From assembly GCF_006345805.1 (NCBI RefSeq), contig NC_043003.1, positions 67,332,001 to 67,396,000 of the forward strand: a stretch of DNA of 64,000 nt, written 5' to 3'. Positions 52,615 to 64,000 of this stretch are shown here, one piece after another. Origin of the DNA: Octopus sinensis (Eukaryota). Numbering within the stretch: the first letter of the stretch is position 1; every line of letters begins with the position of its first letter. A program made the position numbers and the translations under genes. The notes under the pieces were generated by a model that was not told the DNA's origin, ran no database searches, and worked only from the letters and a program-made list of their open reading frames with translations.

Positions 52615-53005
52615 GGTGTGTGTGTGTGCGTAGCCATATATGCATATGTATGTATGGAACCATAATTGGCTTTCCTGCTGATCGATGAACGGAACAGGCT
52701 TCTCGGGAAATTAACGTTGAAGTGACAGCAATGTACAGACGCGTGTATTCTCAACGTAGACTTCGGAGGGAATCAGCTTGACAAGACTGGTTCATTGAAC
52801 TACAGCTAATACTCATTTTTGCCTGTCATGTGAACTGAAGCAATCTGAAATAAAATGCTTTTGCACAAGGAAAGAGCACGCCGTCGGGTATCGAACACAC
52901 CCTGTCACAATCGTGAGTAAAATGTCCAACCACTACGCCGCGCGTCTACACACACACATATGTTTAGGTACACACACACACACAAACACACACACATACA
53001 CACAT

Positions 53006-53044
<39 letters not shown>

Positions 53045-53796
53045 ATATATATCACCACATACATGCATACTATATATCGTAATTATAATAGGGAGTAAAT
53101 CCAAACATACAGGAAAAATTATATTTAGGATTAAATCTAATTTCACAGCATAAATATAAATTAAATTAGAGATAAAACCACTATTAGGCAAATCAAACGG
53201 TGAAAAAATTAAACAAAAAAATAAAAATAAAAATAAATAATATAATATCAAAATATATAAAATTTAAAATATTTAAATTTTTAATTTGTATTATAATTTT
53301 ATATATATATATATATATTAAAAATATATATATAACTATCCAAAAGTATTAAAAAGTTTAATATAATATAACAAGTAATAAGTAAAAACATATATAAAAA
53401 ATATATATACATATAAATAAATTTATACACACACACACATATATTTATCGCTAATTTAATTTATATATATACATATATATATATATACACACACACATAT
53501 ATACATATATATATATACACAAATATACATATATACATATATGTATATATATATATATATATAAATTATAATTAATGGTATCTAAAAGGTACTAGCATGC
53601 TAGATATAGCAGTCAAAGCGCGACTCTAATGCCACATCAAATATTTATACAGCACCAGGTGAGATACCCTTAATTAAAATTTCAATAATAAATATTACCA
53701 ATGAGGTTTTCTTTCCCATAATAGCCACTTATAAATGACGATATTATCCTTATTTATATAAATTTATACACACACACACACACACATAGATCTATC

Positions 53797-53900
<104 letters not shown>

Positions 53901-54198
53901 TGTTGTGTCTGGGAGGGTCCTTTTCTTTTTGTGCCTTATGATTTAACACGCTCACCGGTAAAATTTCCACTTATTTCTTATTTTTATTTTCCTAAAGTTT
54001 TCGATGCGTCTTGCAACCTTTTCAGTGGTCTTGACTCAGTCCGTTATTTACACAGCGTTCCCTTTCGTTTGTTTGTGCACATGTGTGTGGGTCAGTGTGT
54101 GTGCCTATACATGCATGCGTGTACGTATGTATGTATGTGTGTGTTTGCATGTGTATGTATGTATATATGTGTGTGTATGCATATGTATATATGTATTT

Positions 54199-54515
54199 AT
54201 GGGTGTGCATCTGCATGTACGTATCCTGCACATTTATGTGCCTGCATGTCCGTGTTTGTGTATTTTCTATGTATGTGTGTGTGAGCATGTGTTTGTATAT
54301 ATAAGCACCTCTGTCTTCTTGTGTGTGCATGTCTGTGCGTGTGTGTTCTATGCAACTATGTACCATGTTTGTATGTTTGGATGTGCATCTTTATATTTGT
54401 GGGTCCGTGCCTCCATGTTTTTGTACCTGTAACCTATGCACCTGTTCGGGTGTATGTTAATCTGTTTATTTTCATAGACACACATACACGCGCACACGCA
54501 CATACATACACACAC

Positions 54516-54566
<51 letters not shown>

Positions 54567-55040
54567 GAGATCCATGGCTACAAGTGTACGAAGAAAGTGA
54601 GCTTGAGTCTATCCTTAGGAAATATATATATATAAAAACAAATTTCAACTTATTGGGACGAAAATTTTGGGTTTTTTCCGTATCAAAGTACGATGAGCTG
54701 AAAAAATCTATTTTATTATATTTCACTGTAGAAAGCTAGTGTTGTTAGGTATGCGAATAAAGAACCAAGAGTTAAAATCTAGCTACATATATTTCTTAGC
54801 AAACGGTACCTAGGAAAGATTTGTTTAGAATGTGTAGACAACACAGTTAGGATGGAAAGTGTTAACATGGGTCTCCTAATCATATATATAGATATATAGA
54901 TATGTGTGTATGTGGGGAAGGGGTTGTAAGTGTACGTATAGAAATATACGTATATATATATATATATGTATGTATGTATATATATATGTATATATATATT
55001 ATATATGTATGTATATATATATTATATATATATATGTATG

Positions 55041-55079
<39 letters not shown>

Positions 55080-55337
55080 GTATATTATATGTATCTATAT
55101 ATAATGTATGTATATTGTATTATATATATGTATATATATATATAATGTATATAGTATATATATGTATATATATATAATATAAATATGTGTACACACATAT
55201 ATAATATGCACACACAAGGAGACAGAGGTGCTTATATATACAAACACATGCTCACACACACATACATAGAAAATACACAAACACGAACATGCAAGCACAT
55301 AAATGTGCAGGATACGTACATGCAGATGCACACCCAT
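54199..55337. repeat. Inverted duplication: 132-bp arms (54199-54330 / 55206-55337) around a ~875-bp spacer
   Basis: The arms differ at about 3 positions; also visible as near-identical peptides in ORFs 54004..54432(+) and 55095..55337(-). Confidence 0.92.
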
Positions 55338-55616
55338 ATATACATATATATATATGTATATTTATTTATAAATGTGGGTGAAATATTATTTGATATTAAT
55401 TTAATAATACCATCAGTTTAACACCAAGTGGCTTAGTACATAAAAACCAGGGATACAATACAAATTTATACATAAATATGAGAGAATGACTACTATGTGG
55501 TCTACTCTAGTGCTAAAAATAGATCCACTATGGTATAGCCACTAAAAAATTGTTTCCAAGGAGAAATAACACAACATTTAACGTGGGGCAAGTGAAAAAT
55601 AACGAAAAAATAGATT

Positions 55617-55693
55617 AACCCTGAACAATTGTTTCATTATTATCGTAAATGCAATTTTACTTACACAGCATCCATAAATCATCAGCAGGAGTT
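55617..55693 (-). ncRNA. Type I hammerhead ribozyme motif
   Basis: Minus strand: aactcctg-CUGAUGA-(43-nt stem II domain)-GAAA-c-aatt-GUU-cagggtt; palindromic stem III acaattgt; the 10.1-11.1 pair is U.U rather than G-C. Confidence 0.65.
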
Positions 55694-55785
55694 TGTCTTA
55701 AATACAATTTATTAAATCGCGAGTTATATTTCGACGCAGCGCCAAAATACACGTGCGGTTCGATCAATTGCATAAGTAGCTATGA

Positions 55786-55805
55786 TTCAAATTCCCCCGC
55801 CAAAA
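55786..55805 (-). promoter_or_regulatory. CDE/CHR-like motif (E2F-like site, 4-nt spacer, TTTGAA)
   Basis: Minus strand ttttGGCGGG-ggaa-TTTGAA; a second E2F-like TTTTGGCGC is at 55739-55747. Confidence 0.35.
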
Positions 55806-56132
55806 GTATGATAAGACTACTGGAAACGAATACCGCATAAAATATTTACTGCAGTATAATTAAATTTATAAATGAGGGTGAAAATTTTGATATTAATTTA
55901 ATAACACCATCAATTTAACACCAAGTGGCTTAGCACATAAAAACCAGGGATACAATACAAATTTATACATAAATATGAGAGAGTGATCACTATGTGGTCT
56001 ACTCTAGTGCTAAAAATAGATCCACTGTGGTATAGCCACTAAAAAATTTTTCCAAGGAGAAATATGTATATATATAATATATATGTATGTATGTATATGT
56101 ATATATATATAAGTGTGTGTATATATATATAT

Positions 56133-56179
<47 letters not shown>

Positions 56180-56469
56180 TGTATGTATATATGTATATAT
56201 ATGTATGTATATATATCTATATATATATATATATAATATATATATATATATATCTAATATATATATATATATATAAGATAAACTTAGATATGTTTCGACC
56301 AAAGATTGGTCCAGGTCATGTCTAACTTAATAGCACCACCTGATGGTTTATTTGAATCCTGTTTATGTCAAGTTTTGTTTATGGTCCATTCAAGTAGTGA
56401 ATTATGGGTGGCTTATATATATATATACTCTAAATGTTTGGTGCGGAAGATTGTGTGTACTGGAAACTT

Positions 56470-56579
56470 TATCACAACAATCGTTTCTGCATACTCCTGC
56501 ACTGCTCCCTTCTGGTTAGGGAACGATATAATGAAATCGAATGCATTCCACAGTGCAGAAGAAATTTCATCAGGTAACA
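56470..56579 (-). ncRNA. Type I hammerhead ribozyme motif with long stem II
   Basis: Minus strand: tgttac-CUGAUGA-aattt-cttctgcactg...cagtgcaggag-tatgca-GAAA-c-gatt-GUU-gtgata; the base of stem II is imperfect. Confidence 0.5.
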
Positions 56580-56892
56580 TGACGGGCTTCTGATTTATAA
56601 AATTCACATTTGGCTCATAAGTTCTGAAGGATGATGTTGTTAATATTTATGTGTTGGTAGTATTCGCTTCCCAAATACAGTGATGAAGCAGAACAAATGT
56701 GGCGTGTATTCATAGTCCGACAGCCAGGAATAAATAAATATTTTCTTAGACAAGGATATTGCTGACAGTGACGCCTCGGCCAGTTAAGCCATCGTCGGAT
56801 TTAATTGTAAAATTGTTTATACTATAACTAAGCATAAAAACAAACATGAACTTATAAATACATACATACATACATACATATATATATATGTG

Positions 56893-57190
56893 GATGCACA
56901 TTGCATAGTGTTTACAACAGTGGAATGGCGTTCGAGGGATCCCAGGTTCAAATCTCAGACCGGGCGATGTGTTTATTAGTGAAACTCCTAAGCTCCACGC
57001 GGCTCCGACAGAAGGTAGTAGCGAACTTCTACTGACTCTTTCGCCACAACTTTCGCTCACTCTTTCCTCCTGCATCTTGCATCTCACCTGTGACGGACCG
57101 GCGTCCCGTCCAGGTGGGGAACCTATACCTCAAGGTAACCGGAAAATCGGCCCTATGAGCCAGGCGTCGTTCCAGAAGGAACAAACAACA
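56893..57190 (+). mobile_element. SINE family C with an alternative 3' module
   Basis: Head/body caggttcaaatctcagaccgggcgatgtgtttatt..ctaagctccac..ctctttcgccacaactttc match 27423; the 3' half differs. Confidence 0.75.
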
Positions 57191-57992
57191 ATATATATAT
57201 ATATGTATATAGGAAAAACTCAATCTTGGCTACAATTTCTATAGAATATCTGTAGAAATAACGTTAACAATGTAAAAAGCACTGTTAACGCAGTGGAACG
57301 TTGTACTGATTTATAAAAACATGTAGAATATTTTAAAGCATATTATGATTGCATAACTAAATACCACGAACCAACAAATCATTAATATATATATACACTG
57401 AGTACGTTTAGAAAATTCTGATTTCAAGTGTACGCAATGATATTGCAAGTTTAAAGAGAACATCGATTGACCTTTTTGTTTTTTAAAATTTCAAACTACC
57501 TTTGTGGTTAAGTATCCTTCCTTTTCATTTTCAGGTTTCAAATATCATTAAATGGAAATTTTGTCTACTAATTGCAAGTATTATTTCATTAAATTTACTT
57601 TTCGTTTCATCTCCTTCCATTGAAACTATGACATGCAGTCGTATAGTATAAAAATTAGTATACGTTGATTGGTCGTAGATAACTGTTGAAATTTTCTCAA
57701 CACACACACACATACACCGCCACAGAAGCGATGTTACACACGTACATATATAAATGCGCTCTTAAACACGCAAATACATGCAAATATAAGTTCCAGATAG
57801 GCAAATATTCATATAAATGATATAAGCATTTAACTTCAATGCATATAAATGTATATGTATATAAGCGTGATATTTGTGAGTGAATTTGGCATAAGAAACT
57901 GAACAGATGCTCTTGTGTGTATGTATATGTGCGTGTATGTAGTTATACAATATGCATGTGTAATATATATATACAAGAATAGTACATATCTA

Positions 57993-58024
<32 letters not shown>

Positions 58025-58133
58025 CATACATATATATATACATACATATATGTATATATATATATACATACATATATACATACATATATATATATACATA
58101 TATACATACATACATATATACATACATATATAT

Positions 58134-58190
<57 letters not shown>

Positions 58191-58318
58191 TATATAGATA
58201 CATACACACATATATATATATACATACATACATATATATATATACACATACATATATATATATATATATAATATACATATATATATAATATCATATATAT
58301 GTATATAATATACATATA

Positions 58319-58740
58319 TGCGCAGGAGTGGCTGTGTGGTAATTAGCTTGCTAACCAACCACATGGTTCCGGGTTCAGTCCCACTGCGTGGTACCTTGGG
58401 CAAGTGTCTTCTGCTATAGCCTCGGGCCGACCAAAGCCTTGTGAGTGGATTTGGTAGACGGAAACTGAAAGAAGCCTGTCGTATATATGTATATTTATAT
58501 ATATATGTATGTGTGTTTGTTTTGTGTGTCTGTGTTTGTCCCCCTACCATTGCTTGACAACCGCCGCTGGTGTGTTTACGTCCCCGTCACTTAGCAGTTC
58601 GGCAAAAAGAGACCGATAGAATAAGTACTGGGCTTACAAAGAATAAGTCCCGGGGTCGATTTGCTCGACTAAAGGCGGTGCTCCAGCATGGCCGCAGTCA
58701 AATGACTGAAACAAATAAAAGAGTAAAAGAGAGTAAAGAA
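58319..58740 (+). mobile_element. SINE family B, full length
   Basis: gcgcaggagtggctgtgtgg (A box), gggttcagtccc (B box), central microsatellite, tail to gactgaaacaaataaaagag. Confidence 0.92.
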
Positions 58741-59044
58741 TATATATATATATATATATACATATATATACATATATATACATACATACACACACACACA
58801 CACATATATATATATAAAACGTTCGTGCGTCAGCATGGCCGCAGCTATGAGCTGAAACTAGAAAAAATATATATATATACATATATATAAATAGGTGAAT
58901 GAATTATCCTATGTTTATCGTTAGCATGGAAAATTCGTTTCACCGAAACCTGGGTAGCAAATTCACGTCAGAAACACGGTTGAAGCGACCTGTCCATGGG
59001 TAGAACTCCGGGTTCATGTGCAGAAATTTGTGTGTTGTATATGA

Positions 59045-59748
59045 ATAAATGAAAGAATGGAGTCGAACGAAGATGTTAACAAAATTCCATAGTAAAAAAC
59101 GACATAGTACAGGGCTAAGTAAATTAGTTTGGCGTCTTAAAGACAACAATATAAATTTCAAGTTGGATTGGTTCATACTGTCTGTATCCTTTCCTTTTGA
59201 TAAGGGCAGGAGATTTTGTAACATTTGCAACTCTGAACTCTTCCATATTCTCTTCTCTAAGGTTCCCCTTGTAAACACACTCATAGAAAAATCATACAAA
59301 TGTAAACACTGGCAGAAACATACTTTCTACTCATATAAAGGATAACGATAGTCACTGTGGTTTGAACAATTAGCTTTACGTCCACCCCACTTCAATAACA
59401 ATATTCTTTCCTAAGCCTTCGAACATTCTTTCAATCAACGTACCCTTCCCTCTCCACTTGTTCCCTACCTATTATTCCTTTAACCCTGCTCTTCCTACTA
59501 TCTATCTTTGACGTCAATTCTTCTAACGGTTTTTATAAAAAAACACTCATTATCGTTTTGTTTACCGTGCAGGCAGTCATCGAAATTTGTGTTTGTCTTG
59601 TTGTCGAGAGAGGCTCCCTTACTTTCCTGATGAGAAGATTGCATAATGCACCCTTTATTCCTTTGGAATGAAAACATGTTGTCTTCGAAACACATGTCTA
59701 GAGTAAAGAAACTTTGTTAACATCTTCGTTCGACTCCATTCATTCATT

Positions 59749-59750
<2 letters not shown>
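59045..59750 (+). mobile_element. 5'-truncated Penelope-like retroelement (GIY-YIG C-terminus + 3' terminal repeat) with inverted terminal fragment
   Basis: ORF 59049-59345 contains HSTGLSKLVWRLKDNNINFKLDWFIL..FCNICNSELFHIL..LVNTLIE..KCKH; 59047-59086 is an inverted copy of 59711-59750; hammerhead in the 3' region. Confidence 0.8.
59619..59706 (+). ncRNA. Type I hammerhead ribozyme motif in the Penelope 3' region
   Basis: ttactttc-CUGAUGA-gaaga...tcttc-GAAA-c-acat-GUC-tagagtaa; stem I about 7 bp with a 1.1/2.1 U.C mismatch; palindromic acatgt in stem III. Confidence 0.75.
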
Positions 59751-59833
<83 letters not shown>

Positions 59834-59842
<9 letters not shown>

Positions 59843-60160
59843 GGCAAGTGTTTTCCACTATAGCCTCGGGGCGACCAAAGCTTTGTGAGTGGATTTGGTA
59901 GCCGGAAACTGAAAGAAGACCGTCGTATATATGCATATGTATATATATGTATGTGTGTGTATATGTTTGTGTGTCTGTGTTGTCCCCTCAACATCGCTTG
60001 ACAACTGATAGTGATGTGTTTACGTCCCCGTAACTTAAGGGTTCGGCAAAGATACCGTTAGAATAAGTACTAGGCTTCCAAAGAATAAGACCTGGGTTGA
60101 TTTTCTCGACTAAAGGCGGTGCTCCAGCATGGTCGCAGTCAAATAACTGAAACAAGTAAT
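59834..60160 (+). mobile_element. SINE family B, 5'-truncated
   Basis: ggcaagtgttttccactatagcctcgggg..cggaaactgaaagaag..ctccagcatggtcgcagtcaaataactgaaacaag. Confidence 0.88.
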
Positions 60161-62268
60161 ATGTATATATATTTGTATAAATATATATATTTTTATTATT
60201 CAAAGTAATAGTGCCCAGTCAGCCGTCTTCACGCGCACACACACACACTTATAAATATGTCTGGTGTGCGGTGCCGTTGACGTCATCCACATTTCTTTCC
60301 CATATACAGGGTCACAGGAAACCAAATACTTCTTTAACCAGTGTGTTCTTTATTAAGCAATTGAGTCAGATCAGTGTGAAAGTTGGCTCAGATTTCTAAC
60401 TAGGCGAGTGACACAGTAGAAATCGTTGTTTTTATGACACGTCTGTCTTGGTTTATTGCTTGTGTGCTGGTGTGCATGTGTGCCTATGTTTGCGGGCCAG
60501 TGTTCGTTTGTATAGTTATAATGAAGTTTTCCAATATCAGAATATATGCCAAGCTAGAAAATAAGGAATCGTAATATGTATGAATGCTTTACACAATTAA
60601 TATATGAACGAGTAGAAAATAAATTGTTCAGACTGGATGGTAGATTATTTATCCTAATGTACTATTATTTTATTTTAGCCAGCGAAACACAAACATTGTC
60701 CGTCTCTCAGCATAGACTGCAGATGTAATAAACCAGAAAAGAAACCGCATAAGTTAATCAGAGAGGATGTTTATCTGTCTGCCTGTATTTTCTATGTGTG
60801 AGTGTGTGTCTGTGTGTCTGTTTGAGAATAATAAGAGCGGGGCGGCATTATTGATATTTGACTTTTGCTGTTTTATGGATATAAACACTATTAGACGTGT
60901 GTTAATATTTATAATAGAAGGAGCGTATTTGCATTGAATAGATTTCGTTTCCAAATAAAAGTAATTCGATTTCAATTAAAATAGAATACACTCTTAAGTG
61001 TGTTTGGTTTGTATACTAGTGTTTCTGTGTGTCTGCGTATCTGCGTGGACTAAGCTTGTCAAGCAGACGAGCAGAATATTTGAGAATACATCATTCACGG
61101 ATAAAGACATGTTTCCAGTGTCACGTGTCTCAACTGTCCTCGTAGAGATGTGAACTCCTCTTTTGCTCCGAATAATTCGGAACCGAAAGGTTGCAGCTTT
61201 GTGGGACCTAGACAGAATTTTATTTATTTGTACTTAGGCGTCGCACATTTTATTGGCATGCCATTGTCAGTGTGTATGCTCAAAACGTTTACTCAACAAT
61301 AAGTGCAAAGCACAAGTTTCTTGGCGAAGTGTCAAAGCTAATACCGAAAATTATGTCAGGAACAGTTGTAACAACAACCTCTCCACATGCTGCCTAGAGC
61401 GGTAAAGATTATAATAACGGACAATATCGGCAAAAAGTTTAGCGGGTTCTATAAATTGTTTCTAAGCAAATGCCCAACACTAAGTGCCTTAAAGAAATCC
61501 CAGCTGCTAATACTTCAACAATTAGATCGCATGATTACAGGGCTTCTCTACCTCAAACTTTCTCATAGCATCATTCTTTGAGACATCCAACAGCATGAAT
61601 CACTTCTTTGGCCACTGTAATTTTCGTCGTCTGTTATAGCGGATGTATTTCGGTAAGTCTCCAGAAATACAGTGCCTCGGGATCCAGTATGACACAGTAA
61701 TAAGGCAAAACGGCAGACAGGTGACATTGAGGTTCTCGCCTTGCAAAACAATCATGGTGAGAAGCTCAAGTAAATTGTGATTCTTTCAAGGGAACTATCC
61801 ACAGTCATAAAGTGAAACCCTTTTGAAGCAGCGAACAGGGCACTGTATTATTAAGAACCCAATTTATGTCATCGATGTATGCTGCACGCCATAAATGGTT
61901 CTACGAGACAAATGGTTCCTAATTAAAGCAAGTTTAGAAACGGTAAATGACGGCAGATTGTAAGGCATAGAAAATTGACAGACGTTATGACTGATAACAA
62001 TGATGTGAAGCTAATTTCCTATCGTTTGATAAATGCAAAACCTATAGAGTCTACGTGAGAATGAAGGGAGCCACCGGCTTAATTCATATAAAAGCCAAGC
62101 CATTGGAAAAAAGAAACAGTATAAAGGCCACAATAAGAGAAAGGCAGATGCAGAGGTAAATCAAAAAGTGTTATGAATTCTAATCAAAAATAAAACGAGT
62201 TAATCCTTAAGACTCCCGAGTACGTTCACGTTATGGAGGAATTAGCTGCAATACTCAATGCAGTTGAA

Positions 62269-62316
<48 letters not shown>

Positions 62317-62899
62317 TGTGTGTGTGTCTCTGTCTCCCTGTATATATGCATATGTTTTATTTATTAATTTATTATATGACGGAACGCACGCATCCATTTC
62401 TAAGTAAGATTGTTCTTGATATTAATAATGATGCGCACTCTTGACCTTTCTGTCTCCTTCCTTTCTCAGCTTTCATTCCTTCTGGTTTCCTTTTCTTCTA
62501 CTTTACTGTCTCTCTCTCTCTCTCTCATTTTTCATTCTTTCTGGATTCCTCACAACCATTCCCTTTTTTTTCTCTCCCTTTCTCTTGCTCCTCCTCCTCC
62601 CTCCTGTCGTTGACCCGCGATGAGAGCTCTGCTACTGTCTTTCTGGCCTGACTTCCTTGAAGTGTGGACGGCATTTCCTGTTGCTCCTTCGCCGTTCTCA
62701 GAAATAGCGTTCGTAATACTTTTTCTCGTTCGGCTTAACAGCCCTTCTTGTCTTGTTATTCTCCTTGTCCTGTCTTTTACTGTTTATATTTAAACATATT
62801 TATATATATATATTTATATATATATAAAAAGGTCACGACAATGTTACATGAACGTGTGTGTGTATATATGTGCGTATACATATATACATGTCCATAATA

Positions 62900-62945
<46 letters not shown>

Positions 62946-63317
62946 TATATATATATATATGTATATATATACACATACATATATATACATATGTATACAC
63001 ATATAGATGTAGATATATATATATTTACATGTCCGTTTTTCTGTCCTTGTTTCGTATACATTCGATCCTTTTTTCCAAGAAATCGAATGCTCGTAGCTTA
63101 GTTTTTCCTTGGGACTGGCCGGATCGGAGCGATCTCAAGATTAATCAGCCGAAATTGCGAGGATGATCCGGTTCTTGACTGAAAATTTGAGGCTTCGAAT
63201 AACCCGTCCGTTTTTTGTGTCGTGTATTTGAGTGTTTTGCGTTCTTGTCCCATTTTGTATTTTTATATATATTTTATATATATTTTATATATATATATAT
63301 ATATATAATAGAGAGAT

Positions 63318-63357
<40 letters not shown>

Positions 63358-63852
63358 TGCAAATAAAAGCACACATACACATAGACATTCATATATACAT
63401 ACGTGCAACGTTGACATCAGAAATGCAGGCGTAGAGGCCTTTTTAAAATTTGTTTTGGAATAAATAATGTTTTTTCCGTATAATTATGTCCACTCATGCA
63501 GCCTGAAACATCAAGTGGTTTATTTCTCCAATTATGAATAGGAGAAACACACTTTTACTTACAAGCATCGATGTTATTAACACCAGATTTTAAAACCATT
63601 CTTTATACCCAAAATTTCGCTAACACTATCATGCCTAAAATTAATAACAACTGCATCGTCGAGGACATTACTACAGATGGAGCGTCCTAGCATTGGTTAA
63701 ATCCAGTTCCTTCCGCAAAGGAATGATTTGGATAATTAAAAACGTAAGAAAAAATACATGCATAAGTACATTCATGAATATATACATACATAAATACATA
63801 CATACTTCCGCACATGCATAAATACATCCATCCATACATACATATACACATA

Positions 63853-64000
63853 CAAATGTCATCACGGTATCATCTACCGATGTACCTAGTACACATGGAA
63901 TGTCCCAGTGAAAACCTCAATACACTGTAAACATAATAGCTCTGACATAGTAAATTGGGATAGCAAAGAGAAACTGTCTACAGTTGTGTTGTAGAAATTA
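63853..64000 (+). mobile_element. R4/Dong-type fragment, subfamily B (runs off the window)
   Basis: KMSSRYHLPM then WNVPVKTSIHCKHNSSDIVNWDSKEKL; preceded by a (TACA)-rich tract. Confidence 0.7.

Larger units (their letters stand above)
55378..56063 (-). mobile_element. Partial-tandem 500-bp unit (two ~190-bp direct repeats flanking a hammerhead-containing middle); Penelope pLTR- or retrozyme-like
   Basis: 55378-55568 is approximately 55878-56063 (offset 500); hammerhead at 55617-55693 lies between them. Confidence 0.7.

Noticed and set aside
56283-56330. Hammerhead-like gacc..ggtc-gaaac-atatc on the minus strand
   Set aside because: The CUGANGA core is absent (only ctg remains) and stem I does not form; at most a relic.
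61590-61760. Ig-like start IVLQGENLNVTC..W on the minus strand
   Set aside because: No convincing splice sites and no second Ig cysteine before the stop; likely chance.

Overview
AT-rich, microsatellite-saturated eukaryotic non-coding DNA. It is most likely intergenic or intronic sequence from an octopus/coleoid cephalopod; this is inferred from the repeat families and was not checked against a database. No host protein-coding gene can be recognised with confidence, and nearly all ORFs in the supplied track are translations of (TA)n/(TACA)n/(CA)n/(AAT)n/(GATA)n tracts. The recognisable content is a layered record of mobile elements: (i) at least eight fragments of R4/Dong-type non-LTR retrotransposons (RT, CCHC knuckle, restriction-like endonuclease), most abutting (AAT)n or (TACA)n tracts, including a head-to-tail pair sharing one (AAT)n tract; (ii) several mariner remnants, a near full-length decayed mariner (47270-48835) and a Tigger/pogo remnant, the last two each interrupted by a SINE with a visible target-site duplication; (iii) three tRNA-headed SINE families plus two other interspersed repeat families; (iv) an RTE-type LINE 3' end inside a ~1.58 kb tandem duplication; (v) Penelope-like element (PLE) remnants. 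The most notable result is a set of type I hammerhead ribozyme motifs found by eye. Four have complete catalytic-core nucleotides (13003-13054 -, a U3-A8 covariant; 55617-55693 -; 56470-56579 -; 59619-59706 +) and several more are decayed. One lies in a 500-bp partial-tandem, retrozyme-like unit that also carries a canonically spaced CDE/CHR motif. Several long fold-back inverted repeats are also present.
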